A DNA stretch of 63,431 nt, the filler included, from Candidatus Woesearchaeota archaeon (GTDB taxonomy: Archaea > Nanobdellota > Nanobdellia > Woesearchaeales > GCA-2687795), in NCBI GenBank assembly GCA_030753365.1. It is 4 parts of 4 records of this genome, joined end to end, with 100 filler letters (N's around TTAATTAATTAA, not from the genome) between each part and the next. Parts side by side here need not be neighbours in the genome. Positions count along the whole stretch, not along the records: positions 1 to 24,829 come from JASMCJ010000020.1; 3 more parts are not named here. The stretch is one strand, 5' to 3'. Under the pieces are notes generated by a model. That model was given only the letters and a program-made list of their open reading frames with translations. It was not told where the DNA came from and searched no databases. Below, one piece after another: positions 10,101 through 18,276 of the stretch; the first letter of the stretch is position 1, and every line of letters starts with the position of its first letter. Both the position numbers and the translations under genes were made by a program.

Positions 10101-10318
10101 TAGAACGTTGCCCAATTCCTTGCATCACCTTCAGCTTCAATAGAATACACACTCGTTTCGCTGCCTGTGTTCTTAATCTTTATAATACCCTCATACACAG
10201 AACATGAGCACATACTCACAACCATACTATCAGAAACCGCAGAGAAATCCTCCGTTCCAATAACGCTAACAGTAGTTAAAAGAACTAAAAAGATAGATAA
10301 GATTATTATTTTTTTCAT
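7121..10318 (-). CDS. Large multi-pass cell-surface protein with tandem Ig-like domains and a cadherin-like domain
   Basis: Signal peptide, repeated IKNTG...Y Ig-like units, ~7 TM helices with K/E-rich loops, YFKDPDNDELAY...DWYG motif. Confidence 0.8.
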   Translation of the reverse strand: MKKIIILSIFLVLLTTVSVIGTEDFSAVSDSMVVSMCSCSVYEGIIKIKNTGSETSVYSIEAEGDARNWATFYPDFLVLAPDEEASVNSYIQPECGATGNFDVGTLISTEKGLKKRLVQKISLNKCLNLEMELKSFDNTGCPCSLMYYEFEVKNTGSFYEIYNFGVEEAFKDWVTLTSNRLGLAPGQENPFSMYINSPCEISGQQVVSLGVGMENSQLKATYPLKINVLGSCFNYSMGLGKPVLLEENKEVGFRSYGSSAYELCENEKPVMVPVLIKNEIGEQNKYSFELEGKKWARLDKKELLLNGSQEGIVGVVIETEGVKNDDYNLTLNVKSLKGGVEKKGEFSVRLDNCYKPFIVSGKRVKINYSRIETPIVIKNEGSKEAAYTLSMEWKEGDWVSIEPSSIVVKPDEEGTVYLRTSPEESVDQGSYRAIVNVLANQSGKSYQQDVEIRLRKPGKISNFVGLMMGKTVDVLDFAKDYMWYFTGGIVVLLGLVVVLGTVSRRKAKKLYEKEVDVVEEEKIKEIKSEVQKKAEEERKIEKKIKKKKVREEKPVEIEKDDKIEIPWKIILYVFIAVILGALIFFGVKYKIFGRVFALLKGYVLYIAIGFVSLIVLVVVLNIIRSKKKEGLVAEDKEEKAKVEKKVAKKDKKKEEESIEIENEKQEFNLKKALGYLLIAIVIGAGVFFAFRFIKPSVVPEGVNASVSENVTMSLFDTAGEKVKDGMGNALNVSKNVLSKAYGFVKGYLMYIGIGLGALFSLVVLDIIRKKREAAKEENEDKKKGKGKKVKREVKVKGEFAKTKKLVRKKKFKGKVKNLILIVLVLGVLAIAGYYSAKTAPYLMEKVRNVSVEKNVTEIEEPLPVIPANETGIKTQVWEEDTILSINLDEYFKDPDNDELAYSSSLSGNVTITINDGVARLKPNKDWYGREEVFFIADDGKGGIVKSNNVTLIVTDMPETLFGGLNSRVLGMKGFVSKQIKRLKESFMEYIGYIMLGLFILLMIILFLRFKKQIIAFLEEDTNKENSEKEKDSSKEEDGNSEIKKEEKKKTGFKVSKKKINGRKKR

Positions 10319-10387
10319 GCAGATTCCTCTCCACTTATGTAGTTAAGAAATAAATAATATAAAAAAATATAGAAAAAGAAAGGAAAG

Positions 10388-11686
10388 TTAATAATACTTT
10401 TCTGAACCTTCTTCAGGCTCTTCTACTTCCTCTCCTCTCAACTTGTTAAATCCGATTATTAAGCCAAGTATAACCAGTAACACAACAAAGGTTATTAATC
10501 CTACTTCCAAAGCTTTCTTCAAAGTTGCTCTTGAAAGTAACCTTGACGATGACTGTGCTACTGCTGATACGCTTGTCTTTAAAGGTATCTGCTTTAATAC
10601 TGTGTCATCAGATTTAACTGTTGCGCTAAACATATAATCTCCTGCGCTTGCTGAATCTTTAGCTGAAACATAAACATATAATGATTTTGTTTCGCCTTCA
10701 CCAACAATAACAAGATTTGAAGGAGTTACCCTTGTAGTTCCCCAATCATCAACACCTTCAATTTCAACAGAGTAAGTTCTTGATTCACTGCCTTCATTAG
10801 TTATTGTAATTGGATAAACAACACCGCCTACACCTGCTGTAGCCTGCTGTGTTTCCTGGCTAACAGTTATAACAGTTCTTGGAGTTGTTGATGTTCCGCT
10901 GCTATCTCCAGCACTGCCATCTTCTCCTATAACTCTATAAGTGAACCTTTCCTTTTCAACTTCATCCCCGTCATCATATTCAACGCTAACGATTACTTCA
11001 TAATTGCCGGTTTCAGCTTCTTTAGGAATTCTCATATAAAGTTCTGAACTTGTTACTGAATCTCCTGATTCTATTTCATCTATATAATCAGATGCTGACA
11101 ATCCAAGCTCAGGCACACTTACCTTAACCTTAACACCATCTTCATCTTTTTCGCCATAGTTCTTAATTCTTACTTTTGTTAAGATTGCCCTATTAGCTTT
11201 CTGTTTCTCATCAGGATCAAATATAACATCTTTTATTGTAACAGCATGCCTGTCTGCGCCGATGTCTAATGGATAATTAATTACATAAGTTACGCCTACT
11301 CTGTCATCAAACCTTATTTTCAGATCATATCTTCCCTGCTCAACTCTTTGAGGAAGGTTTAATACCAATTTTGCATCATATCTATTGCCTGCTTTTACTT
11401 CAAAAACATCTGATATATCTTCTATAACATCATCATGGTCATAGCCTCTTAATACAGCTTCAACCTGAAGATCTGATAAGTTCACATTGGAATCGAAAAC
11501 GATTAATACTTCCATTTCGTCTGTGACTCTCACACTTCTCGGTGTTGCAGTGCTAAGCTCTACATCATTAGCCTCAAGTTTAACATTGCTAAAATCAGCT
11601 ACGCTTAGTCCTGACACAAAGCCAGTGCTAACTAAAACACTCACTAAAAAGAACATAAATACAGTAAAATTTTTCCACTTTTTCAT
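10388..11686 (-). CDS. Putative S-layer/CARDB-like surface protein with a C-terminal membrane anchor
   Basis: GGGGAAG RBS before the ATG at 11686; signal peptide, beta-rich Ig-like domains, S/T linker, C-terminal TM helix ending YY. Confidence 0.75.
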   Translation of the reverse strand: MKKWKNFTVFMFFLVSVLVSTGFVSGLSVADFSNVKLEANDVELSTATPRSVRVTDEMEVLIVFDSNVNLSDLQVEAVLRGYDHDDVIEDISDVFEVKAGNRYDAKLVLNLPQRVEQGRYDLKIRFDDRVGVTYVINYPLDIGADRHAVTIKDVIFDPDEKQKANRAILTKVRIKNYGEKDEDGVKVKVSVPELGLSASDYIDEIESGDSVTSSELYMRIPKEAETGNYEVIVSVEYDDGDEVEKERFTYRVIGEDGSAGDSSGTSTTPRTVITVSQETQQATAGVGGVVYPITITNEGSESRTYSVEIEGVDDWGTTRVTPSNLVIVGEGETKSLYVYVSAKDSASAGDYMFSATVKSDDTVLKQIPLKTSVSAVAQSSSRLLSRATLKKALEVGLITFVVLLVILGLIIGFNKLRGEEVEEPEEGSEKYY

Positions 11687-11891
11687 ATTATCTTCCCCCA
11701 AAATTTTTTTAAATAATTAGTTTATAATTACTTCGAAAATACCACCTATATTTAAACTTTATTGTTATTGAGTATATCAAAGTGATTAAACATAATAACT
11801 ATTAGAGAATAGAGACTGCTGATATATAAACTTTATGTTGTTTAAGGCATATAAGGGCAGATTTAAAAAAGAATCTCAAACACTATATAAA

Positions 11892-12974
11892 ATGAGAGTA
11901 TATATTATAGGCGGTGGACCTATAGGGTCTTACACAGCATACCTCTTAGCCAGGCAAGGATATAACGTAGAAGTTTTCGAAGAGCATACTACAATAGGAG
12001 AACCTGTCCAATGCACAGGCATAGTAACCTCTGCCTTAGCTGAAACCATAAAGCTTGACAAAGAGTTCATACTAAACAAGATAACCAAAACAAGAATTTT
12101 CTCTCCTGACAATTCATTCATAGAACTAAGCTTTCCAAAGGGCAAAGAGAACATCGTCCTTGACAGGGCAAAGTTTGACAGACATATTGCTAGTATGGCA
12201 AAAGACGTTGGTGTTAAGTTTCATCTTGGCAGCAAGTTCGTTGGAAGAAGAAATAATATTATTATTATAGAAGGAAACATGGCAGGAGAACATAAAGCAG
12301 ATTATATAATAGGTGCCGACGGCCCAACCTCAAAAGTAGCCAAGTCTTCAGGAATGTTCAAAAAAAGAAAATTCTGGACAGGGCTACAGGCAAGAGTAAA
12401 GCTAAAGAATAATAACATAGTAGAATTCTACCCTCATATTGGAAGCTTTGCATGGGTTGTTCCCGAGGACAAAGAAACCGTAAGGATTGGCTTGTTAGCA
12501 AAGAACAACATCAAAGAAACATTCAACGATTTCCTCAAGAAAAGATTAGGTAACTATACTATAATAGACCAGCAGGCAGGATTGGTTCCAATTTATTCAT
12601 CTCAAATAAAAACACAGAAAGGCAACACTTTTCTTGTAGGCGACGCTGCCTGCATGGTAAAGGCAACCACAGGTGGAGGGATTGTCCAGGGGCTTAAAGC
12701 TGCAAAAGCATTAGCCTATTCCATAAAGAATAATAAGAATTATGAAAAAGCATGGAAAAAGGAGATAGGAAAAGAGCTATGGTTATCCTTAATGATAAGA
12801 AGATGCTTAGACAACTTCTCAGACAAAGACTATAATAACTTAGTCTCTTTATTCAACAAAGAGAAAACAAGCAGGATCCTAGAAGAACATGACAGGGACT
12901 ATCCTTCAAAGTTCTTATTCAAACTTCTCCTTGCAGAGCCAAGATTGATGCTGTTTGCAAGGAAACTTATTTAA
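11892..12974 (+). CDS. Geranylgeranyl reductase-family FAD oxidoreductase
   Basis: IIGGGPIG, PVQCTG, GADG, FAWVVP and GDAA...TGGGI motifs. Confidence 0.88.
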   Translation: MRVYIIGGGPIGSYTAYLLARQGYNVEVFEEHTTIGEPVQCTGIVTSALAETIKLDKEFILNKITKTRIFSPDNSFIELSFPKGKENIVLDRAKFDRHIASMAKDVGVKFHLGSKFVGRRNNIIIIEGNMAGEHKADYIIGADGPTSKVAKSSGMFKKRKFWTGLQARVKLKNNNIVEFYPHIGSFAWVVPEDKETVRIGLLAKNNIKETFNDFLKKRLGNYTIIDQQAGLVPIYSSQIKTQKGNTFLVGDAACMVKATTGGGIVQGLKAAKALAYSIKNNKNYEKAWKKEIGKELWLSLMIRRCLDNFSDKDYNNLVSLFNKEKTSRILEEHDRDYPSKFLFKLLLAEPRLMLFARKLI

Positions 12975-13003
12975 AGAATATAATATATTTAAAATACTAT
13001 AAT

Positions 13004-13151
13004 AGCCCCATAGTGTAGTGGTCAATCATTTCGGATTTTGGTAATGGAAATCAAGCAAAGGTTTATTTTCCATTGAAAACGTCCGAGGACGGCAGTTCGA
13101 ATAGCTTTAAGTCATAATAAGATTTATCGCAAGAAAGTCTGCCTGGGGCTA
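13004..13151 (+). tRNA. tRNA-Gln(UUG) with two introns: 13042-13080 (position 37/38) and 13102-13137 (T-loop, ~59/60)
   Basis: Acceptor stem AGCCCCA/TGGGGCT, anticodon stem TCGGA/TCCGA, T stem GGCAG/CTGCC; removing both introns gives a 73-nt cloverleaf. Confidence 0.9.
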
Positions 13152-13207
13152 TTTTTTATTATTTCTAAACCAAATATTTTTAAACCCCAATGCTTTTCTT
13201 ATATTCT

Positions 13208-13504
13208 ATGCCAGCAGGAAAACATAAATCAAGGACTTTCAGAAGGGTTCATGTAAGAACTCCTGGATCAAAATCTGTAGTTCATTATAGAAAGAGAAAA
13301 CCAAAGGCAGCTAAATGCGGCGAATGCGGCGCAGTTCTCAAAGGCGTTCCAAGGGAAAGGCCTTACAAGATGAATAATATGCCTAAGACAAAGAAACGGC
13401 CTGAAAGACCATACGGTGGCAACTTCTGCTCCAAATGCATGAGAAGAGCTGTAATTACAAAGGTAAGAACAGTCAAGAAAGCAGAAGAAAAGGCTAAGAA
13501 ATAA
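13208..13504 (+). CDS. rpl34e: 50S ribosomal protein L34e
   Basis: RTPG, CGECGAVLKGVP and RPERPYGGNFCSKC motifs. Confidence 0.95.
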   Translation: MPAGKHKSRTFRRVHVRTPGSKSVVHYRKRKPKAAKCGECGAVLKGVPRERPYKMNNMPKTKKRPERPYGGNFCSKCMRRAVITKVRTVKKAEEKAKK

Positions 13505-13524
13505 ATATTTGTTCTATATATTAT

Positions 13525-14274
13525 CTAATACACCTTAATAATCTTTCTCAATGTCATGCTAAATATCAAAGAGAATATTATATATGTACCAAGCCAGCCA
13601 ACCTTCCAGCCAAAGAGGTTAAGCACTTTCATTGGCTTGTTATCAATAGAAACAGATTTCACAAATCCATCATTCACTTTTTTCAAAGGTTTGCTATATT
13701 CCTGTGAACTTGAGATTAACAACTCTTTCAGATAGCTCTTGCCCTGAAAATTATATTCTAAAAGATACTCTCCAGCCTTTCCTTTCAACAGCCAGATTGC
13801 CTTTCCATCTTCTATTGTCTTAGGATTATCACTCATTATTTCAACATCCACAGGAGCTATCAGTTCAATATTTCCATTCTTAAAGTTGCCATCCAATAAA
13901 ACTGTTGTAGTAAACTCCTGGCCAGGCAGTATCGGCTCAAAAGCAATATATGCATTCATCCAGCCGAATATGATAATTATGGGTAGGAAAGTAAACAATG
14001 TTGATTTCATTGACTGCATCATATACTTCATGTTAGATTCCATTGCCTTCTTGTTCACTTCCATTGCTTTCTCTGGATCATGTTTAAGCTCCTTGATCTC
14101 TTTCTGAAACTCTTTCATCTCAGTTTTCAGTCTTTTCATAAGATCCTGGTTAGTGGTGAACTTATACACTAATGTAATAATCAAAGAAACTAAGAATGCT
14201 ATTATGCCAATTGCTAAAAGCATAGGAAGCTTAAGCAACGGCGCAAAAATTGGATTTATTAGTCCTTCTAACAT
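13525..14274 (-). CDS. EMC3/TMCO1 (DUF106) Oxa1-superfamily membrane insertase with an inserted extracellular domain
   Basis: TM-coiled coil-TM topology, PIIIIFGWM and GWLGTYIIFS motifs; next to rpl34e. Confidence 0.85.
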   Translation of the reverse strand: MLEGLINPIFAPLLKLPMLLAIGIIAFLVSLIITLVYKFTTNQDLMKRLKTEMKEFQKEIKELKHDPEKAMEVNKKAMESNMKYMMQSMKSTLFTFLPIIIIFGWMNAYIAFEPILPGQEFTTTVLLDGNFKNGNIELIAPVDVEIMSDNPKTIEDGKAIWLLKGKAGEYLLEYNFQGKSYLKELLISSSQEYSKPLKKVNDGFVKSVSIDNKPMKVLNLFGWKVGWLGTYIIFSLIFSMTLRKIIKVY

Positions 14275-14359
14275 AATATAAAACTAAAATGAGCTTAATA
14301 TAAAAAACCATCGGATTTCATAACAATTTTTATATACCTAAGCCTAATCATTAATTAGT

Positions 14360-14521
14360 ATGGCAAAATGCGAAATATGCAAGAAAAAGATTGAAGTAAC
14401 CTTCCTTAAGAAGATACTGGGCACATACATCAAAGACAGCAAAGGCAAGAAGCATACAATTTGTTCATCATGCCAAAAAAGCTTAGGCAATGATAAAGAT
14501 AAAGCGCTTGAAAAGCTTTAA
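14360..14521 (+). CDS. Small zinc-ribbon protein (53 aa, not in the ORF track)
   Basis: MAKCEICKKKIEVTFLKKILGTYIKDSKGKKHTICSSCQKSLGNDKDKALEKL; two CxxC motifs; TTTTATA box upstream. Confidence 0.75.
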   Translation: MAKCEICKKKIEVTFLKKILGTYIKDSKGKKHTICSSCQKSLGNDKDKALEKL

Positions 14522-14535
14522 GTCTTATGCCCTAA

Positions 14536-14630
14536 CTAATTTTTTCCGAAGAAAAAATTAGACAGCCTATTTCAAGCGAAGCGAAGAAATAGTCTCAATT
14601 AAGAACTCAAACAAAAAACGAAGTTTTTTG
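14536..14630. repeat. Three tandem hairpins with GAA-containing loops
   Basis: CTAATTTTTTC-CGAA-GAAAAAATTAG; CTATTTC-aaGCGAAGCgaa-GAAATAG; CAAAAAAC-GAA-GTTTTTTG. Confidence 0.8.
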
Positions 14631-14747
14631 CCTCAGTAGCTCAGCTAGTAGAGCGGCAGTAACTAACAAGAAAGTATGCCGAACCTCGTAGAATCTGAAA
14701 AGATTTAAGACAGCTGCAGGTCAAGGGTGCGACTCCCTTCTGAGGCT
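14630..14747 (+). tRNA. tRNA-Thr(CGU) with two introns: 14660-14683 (30/31) and 14691-14711 (37/38)
   Basis: Acceptor stem GCCTCAG/CTGAGGC; spliced anticodon arm GCAGC-CT-CGT-AA-GCTGC; 73-nt mature length; BHB-like motifs. Confidence 0.88.
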
Positions 14748-14820
14748 TTTGTTTCTTTTTCGTGGGACTTCAATCCGTGAGGATTGAATGTTGCACTCGG
14801 GATCAAGGAACAAGACCCTT

Positions 14821-14847
14821 GGGTGCGATCACTCTGAGGCTTTTGTT
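14821..14847 (+). repeat. Degenerate duplicate of the tRNA-Thr 3' end (att-like scar)
   Basis: GGGTGCGAtcactCTGAGGCTTTTGTT versus the tRNA end GGGTGCGActcccttCTGAGGCTTTTGTT. Confidence 0.65.
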
Positions 14848-15124
14848 ATTTTTCTCTAATTATTAGTTAACATATTGAGTTTAAAATAGGATAAGAACAA
14901 TTACAAACAAATTTAGATTATAAATAAAAACAAAAAGAATCAGCTTATTTCTGCTTTCTTCTTCTCTTCTCTTTCTTCATTCTCTTTCTCTGCCATTTCC
15001 ATCTCATCTGGCCTTTCTTTTTCCATCGTCTTGAGCTTCGTTTCACTTTATTTTTCTTCACTCAGTTCATTGAGCTAGTTAACCTCCGTTGGTTTAATCT
15101 AATTTTGAATGCGTAAACAAAAAA

Positions 15125-15267
15125 TGCCCCCGCCGGGATTCGAACCCGAGTCCCCGCCTCGAAAAGGCAGAATGATTGTTCCCGCAGGGAACCCATAAAC
15201 TGGGTTTCCACTGGACCGGACTACACTACACTTGCCAAATCTCAAGTAATCCTCAAGATTCTGGAGC
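15125..15267 (-). tRNA. tRNA-Glu(UUC) with two introns: 15231-15262 (acceptor stem, 5/6) and 15179-15214 (D-loop, after U20)
   Basis: Spliced sequence GCTCCTGTAGTGTAGTCCGGTCAATCATTCTGCCTTTTCGAGGCGGGGACTCGGGTTCGAATCCCGGCGGGGGCA (75 nt) folds as an archaeal tRNA-Glu. Confidence 0.88.
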
Positions 15268-15366
15268 AGTAATAAATCCCAAAGGGCAATATATTGGATA
15301 TATCAGGGTATTTATAAAGCTTCGCATACAAAAGCTTTTTATATCTTCTATCTTCCCATAAATTCC

Positions 15367-16785
15367 ATGATTGATGAAGACCTCGCAGAATTTGTAATAA
15401 AATACTTAACCAAACAAGGCTCTTCCTACGCTGAAGTAAGATTGCAGGAGATCTCAAGCAACGGCTTTATGCTTAAGAACAGCATACCTCAACTCTCAGG
15501 TTTTGAAGAAACCAGCGGCATTGGGATAAGATTTCTCTCAAACAACAACATACTAAACTTTGTATCTTCAAACTCCTTAGACAAGGATAAGATTAAGTCT
15601 CTCCTTTCTAACGCTTTAAATACAGCCAATGGCGCAACAAAAATTGGAGAAAAGGTTGACTTATCAGAAGAGAAAACATCAGAAAAAAAATATGAAGTCA
15701 AGCAAAAAGTTAAGCTCGCAGACATCTCTCCTGAAGAGAAGCTCAAAGTTTTGTTTGACGCAGACAAAGCAATACAGGCCACAAAAGTAAACACCATCGG
15801 CAGATATCTCTCGCTTTCTGACAGCCTTGTAACAGAATACTTTGCAAACTCTGAAGGCAGCAGCATACTGGCAACCATTCCTAGAATGACATTCTTTTAT
15901 TTTCTCACAGTCCAGGAAAAGAACAAAACAATCCAAAGATTCTGGCAGTATGGAGCCACCAAAGGTTATGAGCTTGTAAAAGAATGGGACGCTCCAAAAA
16001 TAGTAACAGATGAAGTAAAAGCTATGCAGCAGAACCTTTCTAAAGGCATAAAGCTGCCCGCCAAGAAAATGGATGTTATAGCATGCCCTCAAGTAGTAGG
16101 CATCATGGTGCACGAGAGCGCAGGCCATCCCTATGAAGCTGACAGAATTTTCGGTAGGGAAGCTGCTCAGGCAGGCGAATCATTCATAGAAAAAGATATG
16201 ATAGGCCATCAGATAGGGAATGAAGTTGTAAATGTTGTTGACGATCCCACTCTACCAAACAGTTACGGCCATTACCTTTATGATAACGAAGGAGTAGAAG
16301 CAAGAAGAAAGTTTCTCATTAAAGATGGTAAAATCAATGAACTCCTCCACAATAGAGAAACTGCAATGTTCATGGGCCTTAAAAGCAACGGCTCTTCAAG
16401 AGCTGTTGAATATAATAGAGAAAGCATTGTAAGGATGTCAAACACTTTCATGCTCCCAGGAGAACATACAGAAGAAGAGCTTATTGAAGATGTAAAAGAC
16501 GGAATATACATGAAAAACTTCATGGAATGGAACATTGACGATAAAAGGCTCAACCAGAAATATGTTGGCGCAGAATCCTACTTAATCAAGAACGGTGAAA
16601 TCAAAGGGCCTGTCATAAGCCCATCAATAGAAATCTCAACACCTGAACTCTACAAAGCAATTGACGCTGTTGCCAAAAAGCCGGAATATCATTCAGGCAG
16701 CTGCGGAAAAGGCGAGCCAATGCAGGCTATTCCTGTCTGGTTCGGCGGCCCTTCAATAAGGTTGAGGAATATAAGCATAAAATGA
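15367..16785 (+). CDS. tldD: TldD metalloprotease subunit
   Basis: HESAGHPYEAD zinc motif, YDNEG, RMSNT, CGKGEPMQ. Confidence 0.92.
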   Translation: MIDEDLAEFVIKYLTKQGSSYAEVRLQEISSNGFMLKNSIPQLSGFEETSGIGIRFLSNNNILNFVSSNSLDKDKIKSLLSNALNTANGATKIGEKVDLSEEKTSEKKYEVKQKVKLADISPEEKLKVLFDADKAIQATKVNTIGRYLSLSDSLVTEYFANSEGSSILATIPRMTFFYFLTVQEKNKTIQRFWQYGATKGYELVKEWDAPKIVTDEVKAMQQNLSKGIKLPAKKMDVIACPQVVGIMVHESAGHPYEADRIFGREAAQAGESFIEKDMIGHQIGNEVVNVVDDPTLPNSYGHYLYDNEGVEARRKFLIKDGKINELLHNRETAMFMGLKSNGSSRAVEYNRESIVRMSNTFMLPGEHTEEELIEDVKDGIYMKNFMEWNIDDKRLNQKYVGAESYLIKNGEIKGPVISPSIEISTPELYKAIDAVAKKPEYHSGSCGKGEPMQAIPVWFGGPSIRLRNISIK

Positions 16786-18116
16786 AGCCAGAAGAACTAG
16801 CAAAATATATCAAAGAACAGCTTCTTAAGAAAGGAGTAGACGATGCAATAGTCTCCCTAAATAAGCAGGAATGCTCACAAATTAAATTCTCAAACAGCAA
16901 AGTTTCCGCAATCAAGGACTGGTATCACATGGACATTGGAATCTTCGCTGTCCACAAAAAAAGAACAATCGCAATCTCAATAAAAGATTTTTCTAAAAAA
17001 GCTGCAGATGCTGCCATAGAAAAACTGCTAAAGTTCGCAGAAAACCTGCCACCTAACAACGAATACAATGGAATCGCAAAAGGCCCTTTTGAATACAAAG
17101 AGATAAAAAAAGGTTATGACAAAGATATTGAAGAAATCAACAAAGGTGGAAACATAAAACTTGTAAAGCAGGCCATTGACAGTGCTCTTAAAAACGGCGC
17201 AAAAAGAGCAGCCGGCGTTCTTGAAACAGATTCCTCAAGCACTTATCTTATAACCTCAGGCAAGATTGAAGTAAAAGAAAAGTCCACTAGCTTATACTTC
17301 TCATTAAGAGCATTGATTGACAAGTATGCATCATGCCATCTAAACTATGGCGCAAAAACGCTTGACAACTTCGAGCCTGACAAGATAGGAAAAGAAGCAG
17401 CTGAGACTGCAAAGAAAGCCCTCAATCCAGTGGAAGGAAGAACCGGAAAGTTTGACATCCTGTTCAGCCCTCTGGCATTCGCCAACATACTGGGAAACAT
17501 AGGCGAGGCAACCTCAATCTTCTCCGTTGAATCAGGCCTTTCCTGCCTTGCAGGCAAACTGAACAAGCTGATAGCAAGCCCTATAGTAAACCTATATGAT
17601 GACGGCACAACTCCTAACGCATTAGGCTCATCAAAGTTTGACGCAGAAGGAGTACCCTCAAAAAGAAATGCAATAATAAAAAATGGAGAGTTAAAAACCT
17701 ATCTTCACAACACTTCTACTGCAAAAAGGCATGGCACTGAAACAACTGCAAATGCTGGTTTAATCTCTCCAGAGCCAAGCAACATAATCCTTGAAAAAGG
17801 AAAGTCCAGCGAAGAAGCTATGCTAAAAGACATCAAGGAAGGTTATTATATAACAAACTTATGGTACACACGATTCAACAACTACAACACGGGAGATTTT
17901 TCAACAATACCAAGAGATGCAGCATTCTATGTCAAGGATGGAGAAATTAAATTCCCTGTAAAGAACATAAGAATAAGTGATAATATACTAACCATTCTAA
18001 AGAATATAAAGCTAATAGGAAATAATCCAGAACAAATCTTCGGCTGGGAAGTGGAAACTCCTGTTATCACCCCCGCTGTTCTTGTAAAAGGCATTAAAGT
18101 TTCAAAGCCAGAGTAA
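16782..18116 (+). CDS. pmbA: TldE/PmbA subunit
   Basis: FDAEGVP, TANAG and GDFST motifs, no HExxH; ATG overlaps the tldD stop. Confidence 0.88.
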   Translation: MKPEELAKYIKEQLLKKGVDDAIVSLNKQECSQIKFSNSKVSAIKDWYHMDIGIFAVHKKRTIAISIKDFSKKAADAAIEKLLKFAENLPPNNEYNGIAKGPFEYKEIKKGYDKDIEEINKGGNIKLVKQAIDSALKNGAKRAAGVLETDSSSTYLITSGKIEVKEKSTSLYFSLRALIDKYASCHLNYGAKTLDNFEPDKIGKEAAETAKKALNPVEGRTGKFDILFSPLAFANILGNIGEATSIFSVESGLSCLAGKLNKLIASPIVNLYDDGTTPNALGSSKFDAEGVPSKRNAIIKNGELKTYLHNTSTAKRHGTETTANAGLISPEPSNIILEKGKSSEEAMLKDIKEGYYITNLWYTRFNNYNTGDFSTIPRDAAFYVKDGEIKFPVKNIRISDNILTILKNIKLIGNNPEQIFGWEVETPVITPAVLVKGIKVSKPE

Positions 18117-18276
18117 ATGATTAAAGGTTAAATTTATTTAATTTCTCGTTTTTAGCAACTAATAAGTAGTTACCTAATGTAGTCACTTTAAAAGAAATAT
18201 TTAAATATAGAACATAATTCTATCTAAAAATATATAATTATAGTATAAAATATTTCAAACGGGGGTAATATTAAAA

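Noticed and set aside
14940..15026. 28-aa acidic minus-strand ORF as a TldD/E peptide substrate
   Set aside because: Low-complexity, no clear RBS at its start and no modification enzymes nearby
15176..15457. ORF-track entries 15176-15361 (+) and 15242-15457 (-)
   Set aside because: They overlap the tRNA-Glu gene and the tldD start; spurious
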